Assembly: GCF_035285525.1 (NCBI RefSeq)
Contig: NZ_JAYKGW010000047.1
Coordinates: 8,149-40,148 of the forward strand
Reading direction: 5' to 3'
Length of the DNA: 32,000 bases
Origin: Okeania sp.
GTDB lineage: Bacteria > Cyanobacteriota > Cyanobacteriia > Cyanobacteriales > Microcoleaceae
Shown here: one piece after another, positions 18,417 through 26,345 of the stretch
Position numbering within the stretch: the first letter of the stretch is position 1
How the letters are laid out: each line of letters begins with the position of its first letter
Position numbers and translations under genes: made by a program
Notes under the pieces: generated by a model
Told to the model about the DNA's origin: nothing
Databases searched by the model: none
What the model saw: only the letters and a program-made list of their open reading frames with translations

Positions 18417-18577
18417 GGAGAGTACAAAGTTCTTCTCAAGAAGAATTTGCTTATTTGACTGAAAGTATTACTGGAAAAAGGCTTACAACACCTATAGTCC
18501 TGGATAGAAAGTTTCTCAACTTTAGATAGCTGAAACCCTTAGCTAGCAATATTTATTCCTAGAATTTTGCACTGTTC
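18417..18577. mobile_element. about 160-bp MITE-like element (GAGAGTACAAAGTT termini) embedded in TAATAAT arrays
   Basis: Ends are GGAGAGTACAAAGTT / AATTTTGCACTGTTC. The whole element is the reverse complement of 24032-24190. The track ORF 18320..18529 runs through it. Confidence 0.65.
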
Positions 18578-18579
18578 AG

Positions 18580-18637
18580 TTAATAATTAATAATTAATAA
18601 TTAATTATTAACTATTAATTATTAATTATTAATAATT
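18580..18637. repeat. heptamer array that switches orientation (TAATAAT then ATTATTA)
   Basis: TTAATAATTAATAATTAATAATTAATTATTAACTATTAATTATTAATTATTAATAATTA is a head-to-head STRR array forming a long AT palindrome. Confidence 0.85.
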
Positions 18638-19000
18638 AGGGCTGGCTGATTAAATATAAAAGTGTTTATGGGCATTGCTTTCAGCATTTATAGATACTAA
18701 GAAAGTACCAGCTTTTGGGTCATTCCAGCTTAAAAATCTACGATTTTGGGCAAAACTAGGGGTAAAAAATTAAGGGAAGATTCTTCTGTCTACCTTTTCT
18801 ATAATTCTTATTCCTCCTGGATTGCAGGATTGCTGGATTCTGGCTCCTCCCCACCACTAAAAGACTTTTTCAGCAAGCCCTAATTAATTCCTAGGGCTTT
18901 AAAGCTTATCCTTTTAATTTGATACCTAAAAAAGCTGAAACATTATATTTTTCAATACTTTCAGATTTATTCAGCAGAGCAATAATTGGAGGTGGTTTTC

Positions 19001-19049
19001 ATTATTAATTATCAATTATCAATTATCCATTATCCATTATCCATTATTC
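19001..19049. repeat. STRR heptamer array (ATTATCA/ATTATCC)
   Basis: ATTATTAATTATCAATTATCAATTATCCATTATCCATTATCCATTATTCC, 20 nt upstream of the larC ATG. Confidence 0.9.
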
Positions 19050-19069
19050 CTTTCCCTATTCCCTAATTT

Positions 19070-20410
19070 ATGAAAATTGCTTATCTTGACTGTCCCACTG
19101 GTATTGCGGGCGATATGTGTCTGGGTGCTTTAGTCCATGCTGGCGTTCCTCTGGAGTATATCATGGAAAAACTAAATCTTTTGGGTATTGCCCAAGAATA
19201 TGAATTAAGTACAGAAAAAGTTCATCGTAATGGTATAATGGCGACGAAATTTCATGTGAAGTTAATTCATGCTAATCCTGAAGATGGAGAACCTTTAACT
19301 TTTGATAGTCACCATCACCACCATCACGATACTGAAAATGATTCTAGCGCTGAAAAAAATCATCATGCTCACAACCGTCATTTACCAGAAATTGAAGCAT
19401 TAATTAAAAAAGCAGGATTGCCGGAACGTGCTGAAGTTTGGAGTTTGGCTGTTTTTCGTAAGTTGGCAGCAGCAGAAGGTGCTGTACATGGTATTGCTCC
19501 TGAGAAAGTGCATTTTCACGAAGTTGGAGCAACTGATGCTATTATTGATATTGTGGGAACTTGTTTGGGTTTAGATTGGTTAAATATTGATGAGTTATAT
19601 TGTTCGCCTTTGCCTACTGGTGGCGGAACTGTGAGAGCAGCTCATGGTAGATTACCTGTACCTGTACCAGCAGTATTAAAACTTTGGGAGTTACATAATG
19701 TTCCGGTTTATAGTAATGGTATAGAAAAGGAGTTGTGTACTCCGACGGGTAGTGCGATCGCTTGTGCTATTGCAAGAGGTTTTTGTTCGTATCCGTCGAT
19801 GTCTTTACAATGTGTTGGTTTGGGAGCGGGTTCCCAGAATTTAGCTATTCCTAATATTTTGCGTTTGTGGATTGGTGAAAGTAAAGCTCAGACTCAACAT
19901 TCTCATATTAAAAAATCTGATGTTCCTACTACGGAGGTTCCATACAATGTTTCTACCGAAAATTCGCATCTGGAAACTGTGTCGGTATTAGAAACTCAGA
20001 TAGATGATTGTTCTCCCCAAGCGATCGCTTATACTTTTGATACTTTGTTGGCTGCGGGTGCTTTGGATGTGTTTACTCAACCTGTGACAATGAAAAAAAA
20101 TCGGTTGGGAGTATTACTGACTGTTATTTGTACAGCAGAAAATTTGTCTGTTTGTGAGGAGGTAATATTTAGGGAGACTACGACTTTGGGTATTCGTCAG
20201 TCTCTGCAACAAAGAAGTATTTTGGCACGAGAAATTCATCAATTAGAAACGGAGTATGGAACAATCAGGGTAAAGGTCGGGAAAATGGGAAATAAAATTG
20301 TGAATGTGCAACCAGAATATGAAGATTGTGCGAAGGTAGCTAGACGGGAAAATATGCCGTTGATGGAAGTACAGAAAATGGTATTACAAAATTGGAAGAA
20401 AAGGGAGTAG
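19070..20410 (+). CDS. larC: nickel pincer cofactor biosynthesis protein LarC (nickel insertion)
   Basis: 446-aa ORF. MKIAYLDCPTGIAGDMCLGALVHAGVP is the canonical LarC N-terminus. It also has a His-rich insert (HHHHHHD...HHAHNRH), HEVGATDAIIDIVG and the C-terminal LarC2-like half. Confidence 0.9.
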   Translation: MKIAYLDCPTGIAGDMCLGALVHAGVPLEYIMEKLNLLGIAQEYELSTEKVHRNGIMATKFHVKLIHANPEDGEPLTFDSHHHHHHDTENDSSAEKNHHAHNRHLPEIEALIKKAGLPERAEVWSLAVFRKLAAAEGAVHGIAPEKVHFHEVGATDAIIDIVGTCLGLDWLNIDELYCSPLPTGGGTVRAAHGRLPVPVPAVLKLWELHNVPVYSNGIEKELCTPTGSAIACAIARGFCSYPSMSLQCVGLGAGSQNLAIPNILRLWIGESKAQTQHSHIKKSDVPTTEVPYNVSTENSHLETVSVLETQIDDCSPQAIAYTFDTLLAAGALDVFTQPVTMKKNRLGVLLTVICTAENLSVCEEVIFRETTTLGIRQSLQQRSILAREIHQLETEYGTIRVKVGKMGNKIVNVQPEYEDCAKVARRENMPLMEVQKMVLQNWKKRE

Positions 20411-20480
20411 GGAGTTATTTCAGTTATCAGTTATCAGCACCTCTGTCTGAAGCCTCTGGCTTGAAATACTGAGTTGAATC

Positions 20481-20574
20481 AGGACTTACGCAAAGGTACT
20501 GTACTATCTATAGAGTTCAAAAACTATTGCACAAGAGTTTTAGGCGCTACATATAGCGTCTCTGCGTAAGTCCT
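20481..20574. repeat. small palindromic dispersed repeat (AGGACTTACGCA...TGCGTAAGTCCT)
   Basis: Canonical termini, 70 nt downstream of the larC stop. It is a close relative of 7217-7312. Confidence 0.9.
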
Positions 20575-20730
20575 ATGAATATTTTTTTCATCCCCTTGAA
20601 AGAAGAGGCTTTAGACCCAATTTTTTAGTAAACCCACCCCTAGCCCCTCCCAGGAGGAGAGTTTAGAATGAAAGTTATAAACCTCCAAATCTTTTTAACC
20701 CTTCTGCCTTTTGCCTCCTACCTTCTGTCT

Positions 20731-21678
20731 TCAGACTTGAACTATATCCACGCGATCGCCTACGGTTAAACCTAATTCTATTGCTCTACCACCTCTCAAC
20801 TCAATCACCCGATCGACAGGAATATCTGGTCCATAAGTAGGGCAAGGTTCAGTTTCACAGGGAGGCAAATTAGAAAAAATCGCCTGTATTTCCCCATTCC
20901 TCAGAAACACCATATCTAAATTAATAAATACATTTCTCATCCAAAAATTCACCGTGCGAGGAGGAGCGATAGAAAATAACATTCCCCGCTCGTCGGGCAA
21001 CTCAGTTCTAAACATCAAACCAACGGCTTGCTCTAACGGAGTTTGCGCCACCTCCAAATTAACAACTTGACCAGAAAAATTTGCCTGTGCTGAAATTGGT
21101 AACATTTGCCCTAACTCCACTTCACCGAACAATGAACTAAAATTTGATTCTTCAAGATTTGTCACTCCTAATAAAACTGCCAAATATTCTCCTGTTACTC
21201 CATCTTGAATAATAATATTATCCTCAGCAGGCAAAATATTCAACTCACTAAATTGTAACCCTCCAGTTAGAATTAAGCGATCGCTACCATTCCGAAAATC
21301 AGTAATTACATCTGCATCTGCCAAATTTACCCCACCAGTAGAGAATAAATCTTCACGTCTACCAATAGCAAACAAATCGTCTCCTTCGCCCCCAGTCATT
21401 GTATCCGCACCCAAGTTCCCAATTAACCAGTCTGCTCCCAAATCTCCAGAAATAAAGTCATTTCCTTGCCCACCAAAAATAGTATCGGCATCTTGCCCAC
21501 CAAAAATAGTATCATCCCCCTGATTACCTTGGAGAACATCGGTTCCTTGGTTGCCAAAAATTTGGTCATTACCCCCGAAACTTTGAACAATATCTTTACT
21601 TGCTAAAGCAGGGATAATATCACTATCGGGAGTGCCACTGAGAAAGTCAATATTTAGTGTGCCTTGAATATTAGTCAT
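20731..21678 (-). CDS. RTX-type calcium-binding repeat protein fused to a C-terminal DUF192 domain
   Basis: The N-terminal half has GGxGxD nonapeptide runs (FGGNDQIFGNQGTDVLQGNQGDDTIFGGQDADTIFGGQGNDFISGDLGAD...). The C-terminal part reads AQTPLEQAVGLMFRTELPDERGMLFSI...FWMRNVFINLDMVFL...PPCETEPCPTY...VIELRGG...GDRV, which is the DUF192 signature. Confidence 0.75.
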   Translation of the reverse strand: MTNIQGTLNIDFLSGTPDSDIIPALASKDIVQSFGGNDQIFGNQGTDVLQGNQGDDTIFGGQDADTIFGGQGNDFISGDLGADWLIGNLGADTMTGGEGDDLFAIGRREDLFSTGGVNLADADVITDFRNGSDRLILTGGLQFSELNILPAEDNIIIQDGVTGEYLAVLLGVTNLEESNFSSLFGEVELGQMLPISAQANFSGQVVNLEVAQTPLEQAVGLMFRTELPDERGMLFSIAPPRTVNFWMRNVFINLDMVFLRNGEIQAIFSNLPPCETEPCPTYGPDIPVDRVIELRGGRAIELGLTVGDRVDIVQV

Positions 21679-21809
21679 TTTAGTTATCAGTTATAAGTTA
21701 TTAATAATACCATTAAAATACTGAATTGAAGATTTTTTATCCTCTTATTAAGAGTAGAATATTATCTTGATTTTTTGGTCAATAAAACAATATCTCTTCT
21801 TTGTTAAAT

Positions 21810-21980
21810 GGTAAGCATTGTTAAATTATAAGCATTCAGCTCAAGGGCAATAAAAATGAATGATAAGCATTCTTTTAATTTCTACTTTTCAATCATATCT
21901 CTGATATTGTTAAACTATACATATTTATAGCCAGAAATCATAGATTTACTTCAAAAGCTGATAGCTGACTGCTGAAATTG
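21810..21980. mobile_element. MITE-like element, GTAAGCATT family (inverted relative to 3749-3935, one end eroded)
   Basis: GGTAAGCATTG..TAAGCATTCAGCTCAAGGGCAATAAAAATGAATG...TTCAAAAGCTGATAGCTGACTGCTGAA is colinear with the reverse complement of 3749-3935. Confidence 0.6.
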
Positions 21981-22198
21981 TATCTATCTAATTTAGGATT
22001 TGCCTAGTTTTCTTTTAATGATAGTTCATTAATGGATAATGGATAATTACTTCTCCCTAAAAGTTAGAGGATTGGCGCTTAAGTAAAAGATTTATTTTTT
22101 CCCTATCCAAGGGGAGGCTTCAAGGGGCGAATTATTTAATTATTTAATTGTTTAATTATTTAATTGTTTAATTATTAATTATTTCGCTAAACTATTTT

Positions 22199-22388
22199 GG
22201 TAAGCAGTCAGCTATCAGAAGAGTGCTTTTAGTTAGCAATAAAAGCAATATTTAATAGAGAAACGAAAAATATTGCTAAAAAAGTCAGCTCCAAAGTCTA
22301 TGTTCATTTAAACTTCGTCCTTCAGCACAAGTTATTATTGCTGATAGCTAATAGCTGTTTGCGCAGCATTCCGCAGGAAATGCTTACC
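22199..22388. mobile_element. MITE-like element, GTAAGCATT family
   Basis: Ends are GGTAAGCAGTCAGCTATCAG / GCTGATAGCTAATAGCTGTTTGCGCAGCATTCCGCAGGAAATGCTTACC. Confidence 0.7.
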
Positions 22389-22503
22389 TATTTTGAATTT
22401 TCTAGCTTGTGCAAGTCGTCAAACTGTCACATTAACTTAGAAAACTTTCAAAACCTAATTTAACTTTAGTAATTAAGTAGCATTTACTGAAAATATAATT
22501 ATT

Positions 22504-22773
22504 ATGAATAATGAACAAACGTCCATAATCTTTAAAGTCAAAATCCACTATATAAACGGAGAAACTCAAACTTTTGAAGTCTGCGGACAAGGATGGGATA
22601 ATGTTGATATTGCCAGTCGTCTTTTTCAAATACAAAAATCTGATAAATTAATTTTGCAATTAACAGATAATAGTCTTCAAGTTATTCCCTACAGCAGCAT
22701 TTTATATTTAACAGTTGACCCTGCACCTCCTAAACTACCAAAAGATATAATTACTGGAGCGACTTTATTATAA
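22504..22773 (+). CDS. hypothetical protein (89 aa)
   Basis: Its composition is balanced compared with the overlapping minus-strand ORF. No family is recognised. It is bracketed by two MITE copies. Confidence 0.45.
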   Translation: MNNEQTSIIFKVKIHYINGETQTFEVCGQGWDNVDIASRLFQIQKSDKLILQLTDNSLQVIPYSSILYLTVDPAPPKLPKDIITGATLL

Positions 22774-22940
22774 GTAAGCATTTAGCTATCAGCCATTAGT
22801 AGTCAGCTCTCAGCAAAAAGAGTAATTTTAAATGGAATATAAACTTTAAAACCAGCTTTTGTACTTAAGATTTAATTTTGGCTCAATGAGTCAAGCTTTT
22901 ATTTAAAATTAAAAGCAATAGCTGATAACTGATTGCTTAC
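22774..22940. mobile_element. MITE-like element, GTAAGCATT family
   Basis: Ends are GTAAGCATTTAGCTATCAGCCATTAGTAGTCAGC / GCTGATAACTGATTGCTTAC. It starts at the nucleotide right after the TAA of ORF 22504..22773. Confidence 0.7.
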
Positions 22941-22950
22941 ATAATTTTGA

Positions 22951-23066
22951 GTAACACAGCCTGGAAGGCTGTAATAACCAGGATACTAAACAGATAATTA
23001 CTAGAGCAAATTTATCATACAGTAACACAGCCTTCCAGGCTGTAACAACCTGGAAGGTTGTGTTAC
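22951..23066. repeat. cluster of GTAACA-hairpin repeats
   Basis: GTAACACAGCCTGGAAGGCTGTAATAACC ... GTAACACAGCCTTCCAGGCTGTAACAACCTGGAAGGTTGTGTTAC. Related units occur at 13311-13365 and 23360-23378. Confidence 0.7.
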
Positions 23067-23434
23067 AAATTTACCCTAATTAAATTAATTATTTTTCCCA
23101 ATTTTTACCGAAAAATTTTGGTAATTACGTCTCCTTTTTTAAGAAGATAAAAAAAAGAAAATTCCGTATTTCAAGCCTATTTATTCTAAGAGGTAATGAT
23201 AACTTTTAACGCAGTTCTTCCGGAAGAGGCTAACTGTTAAGGTAGTTCCTCCGGAGGAGGCTAAATGATAACTGAAATGACGCACTACTTTTCTGGAGAT
23301 TACTATCTAAAATGAAAGAGATAAATCAATACTCAGATAAATTATTTATATTTAGTAATACAGGCTTCCAACCTGTAAAAAGCAGGATGCTTCTCTTACA
23401 TACTTATTGAGGCTAAAGGAGATTATATTTCAAA

Positions 23435-23989
23435 ATGAAAGAGATAAATCAATACTCAGATAAATTATTTCTAGTCCGAAATTTACTCGATAATGAACAA
23501 TGCGATAAATACATTGAAATGGCTGAATCAATTGGATTTGAAGAAGCAAGTATTACAACAAACTTCGGTTCTGTTATGGATAAAAGTATTAGAAATAACG
23601 ATCGGGTAATTTGGGATGATGAAAAGTTAGCAAAAGAATTATTTGAAACAACAAAATCTTACATTAAAAATCCTTGCAAAGGATTATATTGTACTGGTTT
23701 AAATGAGAGATTTAGGTTTTATAAATATTCTCCTGGTCAAAAATTTGGTTGGCATTCTGATGGTTATTATGAAAGAGAAAATGGCGAACGTTCGAGATGG
23801 ACTTTATTGTTTTATCTAAATGATGGTTATGAAGGTGGTGCAACGAAATTTAGAACTACAGAAGTAAGGGGAAATAAGGGAGATGCTTTGTTTTTTTTCC
23901 ATCGTCAATTACATTGTGGTGACATGGTAAAGTCAGGCATTAAATATGTTTTACGGACAGATATTATGTATGAAGCAAAGGTTAAATAA
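23435..23989 (+). CDS. 2OG-Fe(II) oxygenase (prolyl 4-hydroxylase-like)
   Basis: 184-aa ORF. It has the HxD...H facial triad candidates (GWHSDGYY and QLHCG), a downstream basic residue (KYVLRTD) and double-stranded beta-helix size. Confidence 0.8.
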   Translation: MKEINQYSDKLFLVRNLLDNEQCDKYIEMAESIGFEEASITTNFGSVMDKSIRNNDRVIWDDEKLAKELFETTKSYIKNPCKGLYCTGLNERFRFYKYSPGQKFGWHSDGYYERENGERSRWTLLFYLNDGYEGGATKFRTTEVRGNKGDALFFFHRQLHCGDMVKSGIKYVLRTDIMYEAKVK

Positions 23990-24028
23990 TTAATAATTAA
24001 TAATTAATAATTAATAATTAATTATTAA
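23987..24028. repeat. STRR heptamer array (TAATAAT)
   Basis: It starts in the stop codon of the oxygenase gene and runs into the MITE at 24032. Confidence 0.9.
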
Positions 24029-24031
24029 CTA

Positions 24032-24190
24032 GACAGTACAAAGTTATATGAATAATTATTGCTAGCTAAGGCTTTTAGCTATCTAAAAGTTAGAAACTTT
24101 CTCTTGATAACTTTAGGTGCTGTAAGCCTATACCAGTAATACTTTTATCCTTAAAAGCAAATATTTTTTTTGGAGAACTTTGCACTCTCC
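24032..24190. mobile_element. about 160-bp MITE-like element (inverted copy of 18417-18577)
   Basis: Ends are GACAGTACAAAGTT / AACTTTGCACTCTCC, flanked on both sides by TAATAAT arrays. Confidence 0.65.
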
Positions 24191-24216
24191 AGTAATTAAT
24201 AATTAATAATTAAATT

Positions 24217-24318
24217 TTGACTGACGCAGAGAAACTGGGTTTTTAGGATAAATCGTTATTTTTAACAATAAATATTAACGAAAAAAAAACGATTTATGGG
24301 TTCATTTGCGTAAGTCTT
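24217..24318. repeat. small palindromic dispersed repeat, one end eroded
   Basis: TTGACTGACGCAGAGAAACTGGGTTT...TTCATTTGCGTAAGTCTT is the reverse complement relative of 17143-17243. Confidence 0.75.
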
Positions 24319-24406
24319 GTAATAACTAAATTTTGCTAGGGCGGGTATCTTGCCCGCGTTTGTTTACCTCATCAAAGTAGAATCTAATGTATCTTTTCCT
24401 AATACT

Positions 24407-25714
24407 ATGAAAACATCATCTTTTCTAAATTTAACTATTGGATTATCTCTAATAATTAATTTAATTGCGGCAATAATAATCAGCTCTTCATTACAATATG
24501 CAGATTTAATTCACGTTATTACTATTGGTTCAATTATTTTATTAAGTTGGTTTCTGTTACCGAAAATTTTGCCTCTTCAAAAGAGTACATATGGCGCAAA
24601 TAATGGTCTATATGATTTTGGTCTGGTTCCTAGTTTCTTATCGCTTGGCTTATTGCATGAGGTATTTTATGGATATCCTAAAAGTGCTCCTAGCTACTTT
24701 AAAAAAATATGTCTATTTACGCCATTTTTAGCAATACTTTTCTGGTTATATAGTTTAGGTTTCACTGCTTTTCCTTTAGTATTAAAAATCATTTGGTTAT
24801 TGCTAACAATACCTATGATTTTTATCCTTCATCTTGGTGCTGATAAAGTAAGTTATGCAATGTGGATACCGACTTTTCTGTTGCCAATATTACAAGCGAT
24901 CGCTCTGATAACAGGTATTATAAGATTTTTTCTTTTAGATATATCAACTAAGGTAGAAATAGGGCAAAGTCTGTTAATCGTAATTGGTTTTGCCATATTA
25001 ACAGTCCTATGGGCAGGAAGTCTGGAAATAATATCAAATGCTCAGAGAAATAAAAGTAAATTATTGTTAGATAATCCTAGAGTTTGTATTTTTGTCAGAG
25101 TTATTAATCCTGAAAATCAAGACTGCAAAGTAAATTCTACTGCTCTAAATAAACAGCGTGGATTTTTACATGAATATGCAAACAGCCAAGGATATAAACT
25201 AGATCGTATTCAATATACTGTAGATAATGGTTATACAGAAGAAACAGATGAATTAAAACAATATCGCCAAGCATTTATATCTTTATTGGAAAATCCAAAT
25301 TATAATATATTTCTGGTAGAAAAAGAAGAAAGTTTAGCTAGGTTTGGCATTGAAGAAGCTAAACGTATCCTCAAAGAAAATGGCAAATATCTTGAAGTAT
25401 TTAATCAAGAAATTGAAAAATCAAGACAAATAGAAAATAAGCAGATTTTTACTATTTCTATAATATTGCACACAATGGTTATTATCGGCGGATTAATAGG
25501 AGGTTGGCGGTTAAATTTGTTCATTTATTTTTATGCTCCTTTGGTATTCTTCTGGATTCTTTGGCTATTTTTAGTCATAATATTTACTATGCTAGTTATT
25601 ATGCTATTAAAAGATAACAAAGATAACCCTTACCCTTACCCTATATTTGTGGCTTCTTTAATTCCCTTATTAATATTACTAGCATTCGGTTTCAGAGTAT
25701 TTATCAACAGTTAA
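24407..25714 (+). CDS. polytopic membrane protein with a central degenerate (catalytically dead) IS607-type serine-recombinase domain
   Basis: The ORF is open from the TTG at 24350, but that codon lies in a GC-rich dispersed repeat, so the ATG at 24407 (MKTSSFLNL...) is preferred. About 6-7 hydrophobic helices precede the soluble core, which spans track residues 243-352 (nt 25076-25405). The core reads RVCIFVRVINPENQ...ALNKQRGFLHEYANSQGYKL...VDNGYTEE...FLVEKEESLARFGIEEAKRILKENGKYLEVFN. Three hydrophobic helices follow it. Confidence 0.7.
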   Translation: MKTSSFLNLTIGLSLIINLIAAIIISSSLQYADLIHVITIGSIILLSWFLLPKILPLQKSTYGANNGLYDFGLVPSFLSLGLLHEVFYGYPKSAPSYFKKICLFTPFLAILFWLYSLGFTAFPLVLKIIWLLLTIPMIFILHLGADKVSYAMWIPTFLLPILQAIALITGIIRFFLLDISTKVEIGQSLLIVIGFAILTVLWAGSLEIISNAQRNKSKLLLDNPRVCIFVRVINPENQDCKVNSTALNKQRGFLHEYANSQGYKLDRIQYTVDNGYTEETDELKQYRQAFISLLENPNYNIFLVEKEESLARFGIEEAKRILKENGKYLEVFNQEIEKSRQIENKQIFTISIILHTMVIIGGLIGGWRLNLFIYFYAPLVFFWILWLFLVIIFTMLVIMLLKDNKDNPYPYPIFVASLIPLLILLAFGFRVFINS

Positions 25715-25727
25715 CAATTAATTCAAA

Positions 25728-25894
25728 ATGGATAATCAATCGTAAGAAAAATTATTAAATCAACTAATAAATCCCCTAAAAGCTAAAGACTGGAAAACGG
25801 CTAATGAGATTATTTTTTGTCTTTTTTTAGAACTATTCCTGAAGATATTAGTAACTATAGATGAATTCATAATCAGGATTTACATAAGATTAAA
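25728..25894 (+). pseudogene. dead duplicate of the 5' end of the GUN4/receiver gene
   Basis: ATGGATAATCAATCGTAAGAAAAATTATTAAAT...GGAAAACGGCTAATGAGATTA...CCTGAAGATATTAG...ATCAGGATTTACATAAGATTAAA aligns base for base with 26346-26513. It has a stop at codon 6 and indels. Confidence 0.7.
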
Positions 25895-26093
25895 TTAGTT
25901 AACTATTCAGATTTTAGATACCTTCTATACAAAGTTATTACCCTACTCCCATATTTCAAAAAAATTAGTAAAAACTTATCAAATTGGTATTAAGTGTATT
26001 GCTTTTTATAAAAGTTTTAATTTTCGGATTTACCATGACTATTAAAACCAAGTTTCCTTGACTAAACTACTTCAATAAAAAATATTATTTAAC

Positions 26094-26339
26094 ATGATTT
26101 ATCCTGAGCCTCGTATTACTTTAATTGTTTTCTCACTTTTAGGTTTAATTGCTTTTTATTTTCCTTTGATATTCTGGATTATTTGCCTATCGTTAATAAT
26201 AATATTTACTATACTACTTATTGCAATACTCATATATTGTGGTCTGGCTCACTTTATATTTCTCTTTCCTCTGATTCCCTTATTAAGATTGCTAGCATTC
26301 GGTTTCATAATATTTATCTTGTCAACAGTTAACAACTAA
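26094..26339 (+). CDS. 81-aa three-helix membrane protein, paralog of the C-terminus of 24407..25714
   Basis: FPLIFWIICLSLIIIFTILLIAIL...LIPLLRLLAFGFIIFILSTVNN parallels APLVFFWILWLFLVIIFTMLVIML...LIPLLILLAFGFRVFINS. The DNA homology continues through the stop into the next gene. Confidence 0.55.
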   Translation: MIYPEPRITLIVFSLLGLIAFYFPLIFWIICLSLIIIFTILLIAILIYCGLAHFIFLFPLIPLLRLLAFGFIIFILSTVNN

Positions 26340-26345
26340 TTCATC

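Noticed and set aside
18320-18529. 69-aa plus-strand ORF
   Set aside because: More than half of it lies in a MITE copy whose inverted twin at 24032-24190 has no such ORF.
19307-19378. His-rich tract in LarC as a novel feature
   Set aside because: Histidine-rich inserts are an expected nickel-binding feature of LarC proteins.
22432-22635. 67-aa minus-strand ORF overlapping 22504..22773
   Set aside because: Its isoleucine-, phenylalanine- and lysine-rich composition reflects AT bias. The plus-strand ORF has a more protein-like composition, though it too remains uncertain.
24350-24406. TTG start of the 454-aa track ORF
   Set aside because: The first 19 codons lie inside the GC-rich dispersed repeat (GGGCGGGTATCTTGCCCGC...). 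The ATG at 24407 gives a normal MKTSS... membrane-protein start.
25076-25405. An active IS607-like transposase or resolvase
   Set aside because: The nucleophilic Ser and the DR motif are replaced. There is no DNA-binding domain and no element ends, and the domain is embedded between transmembrane segments of one continuous ORF.
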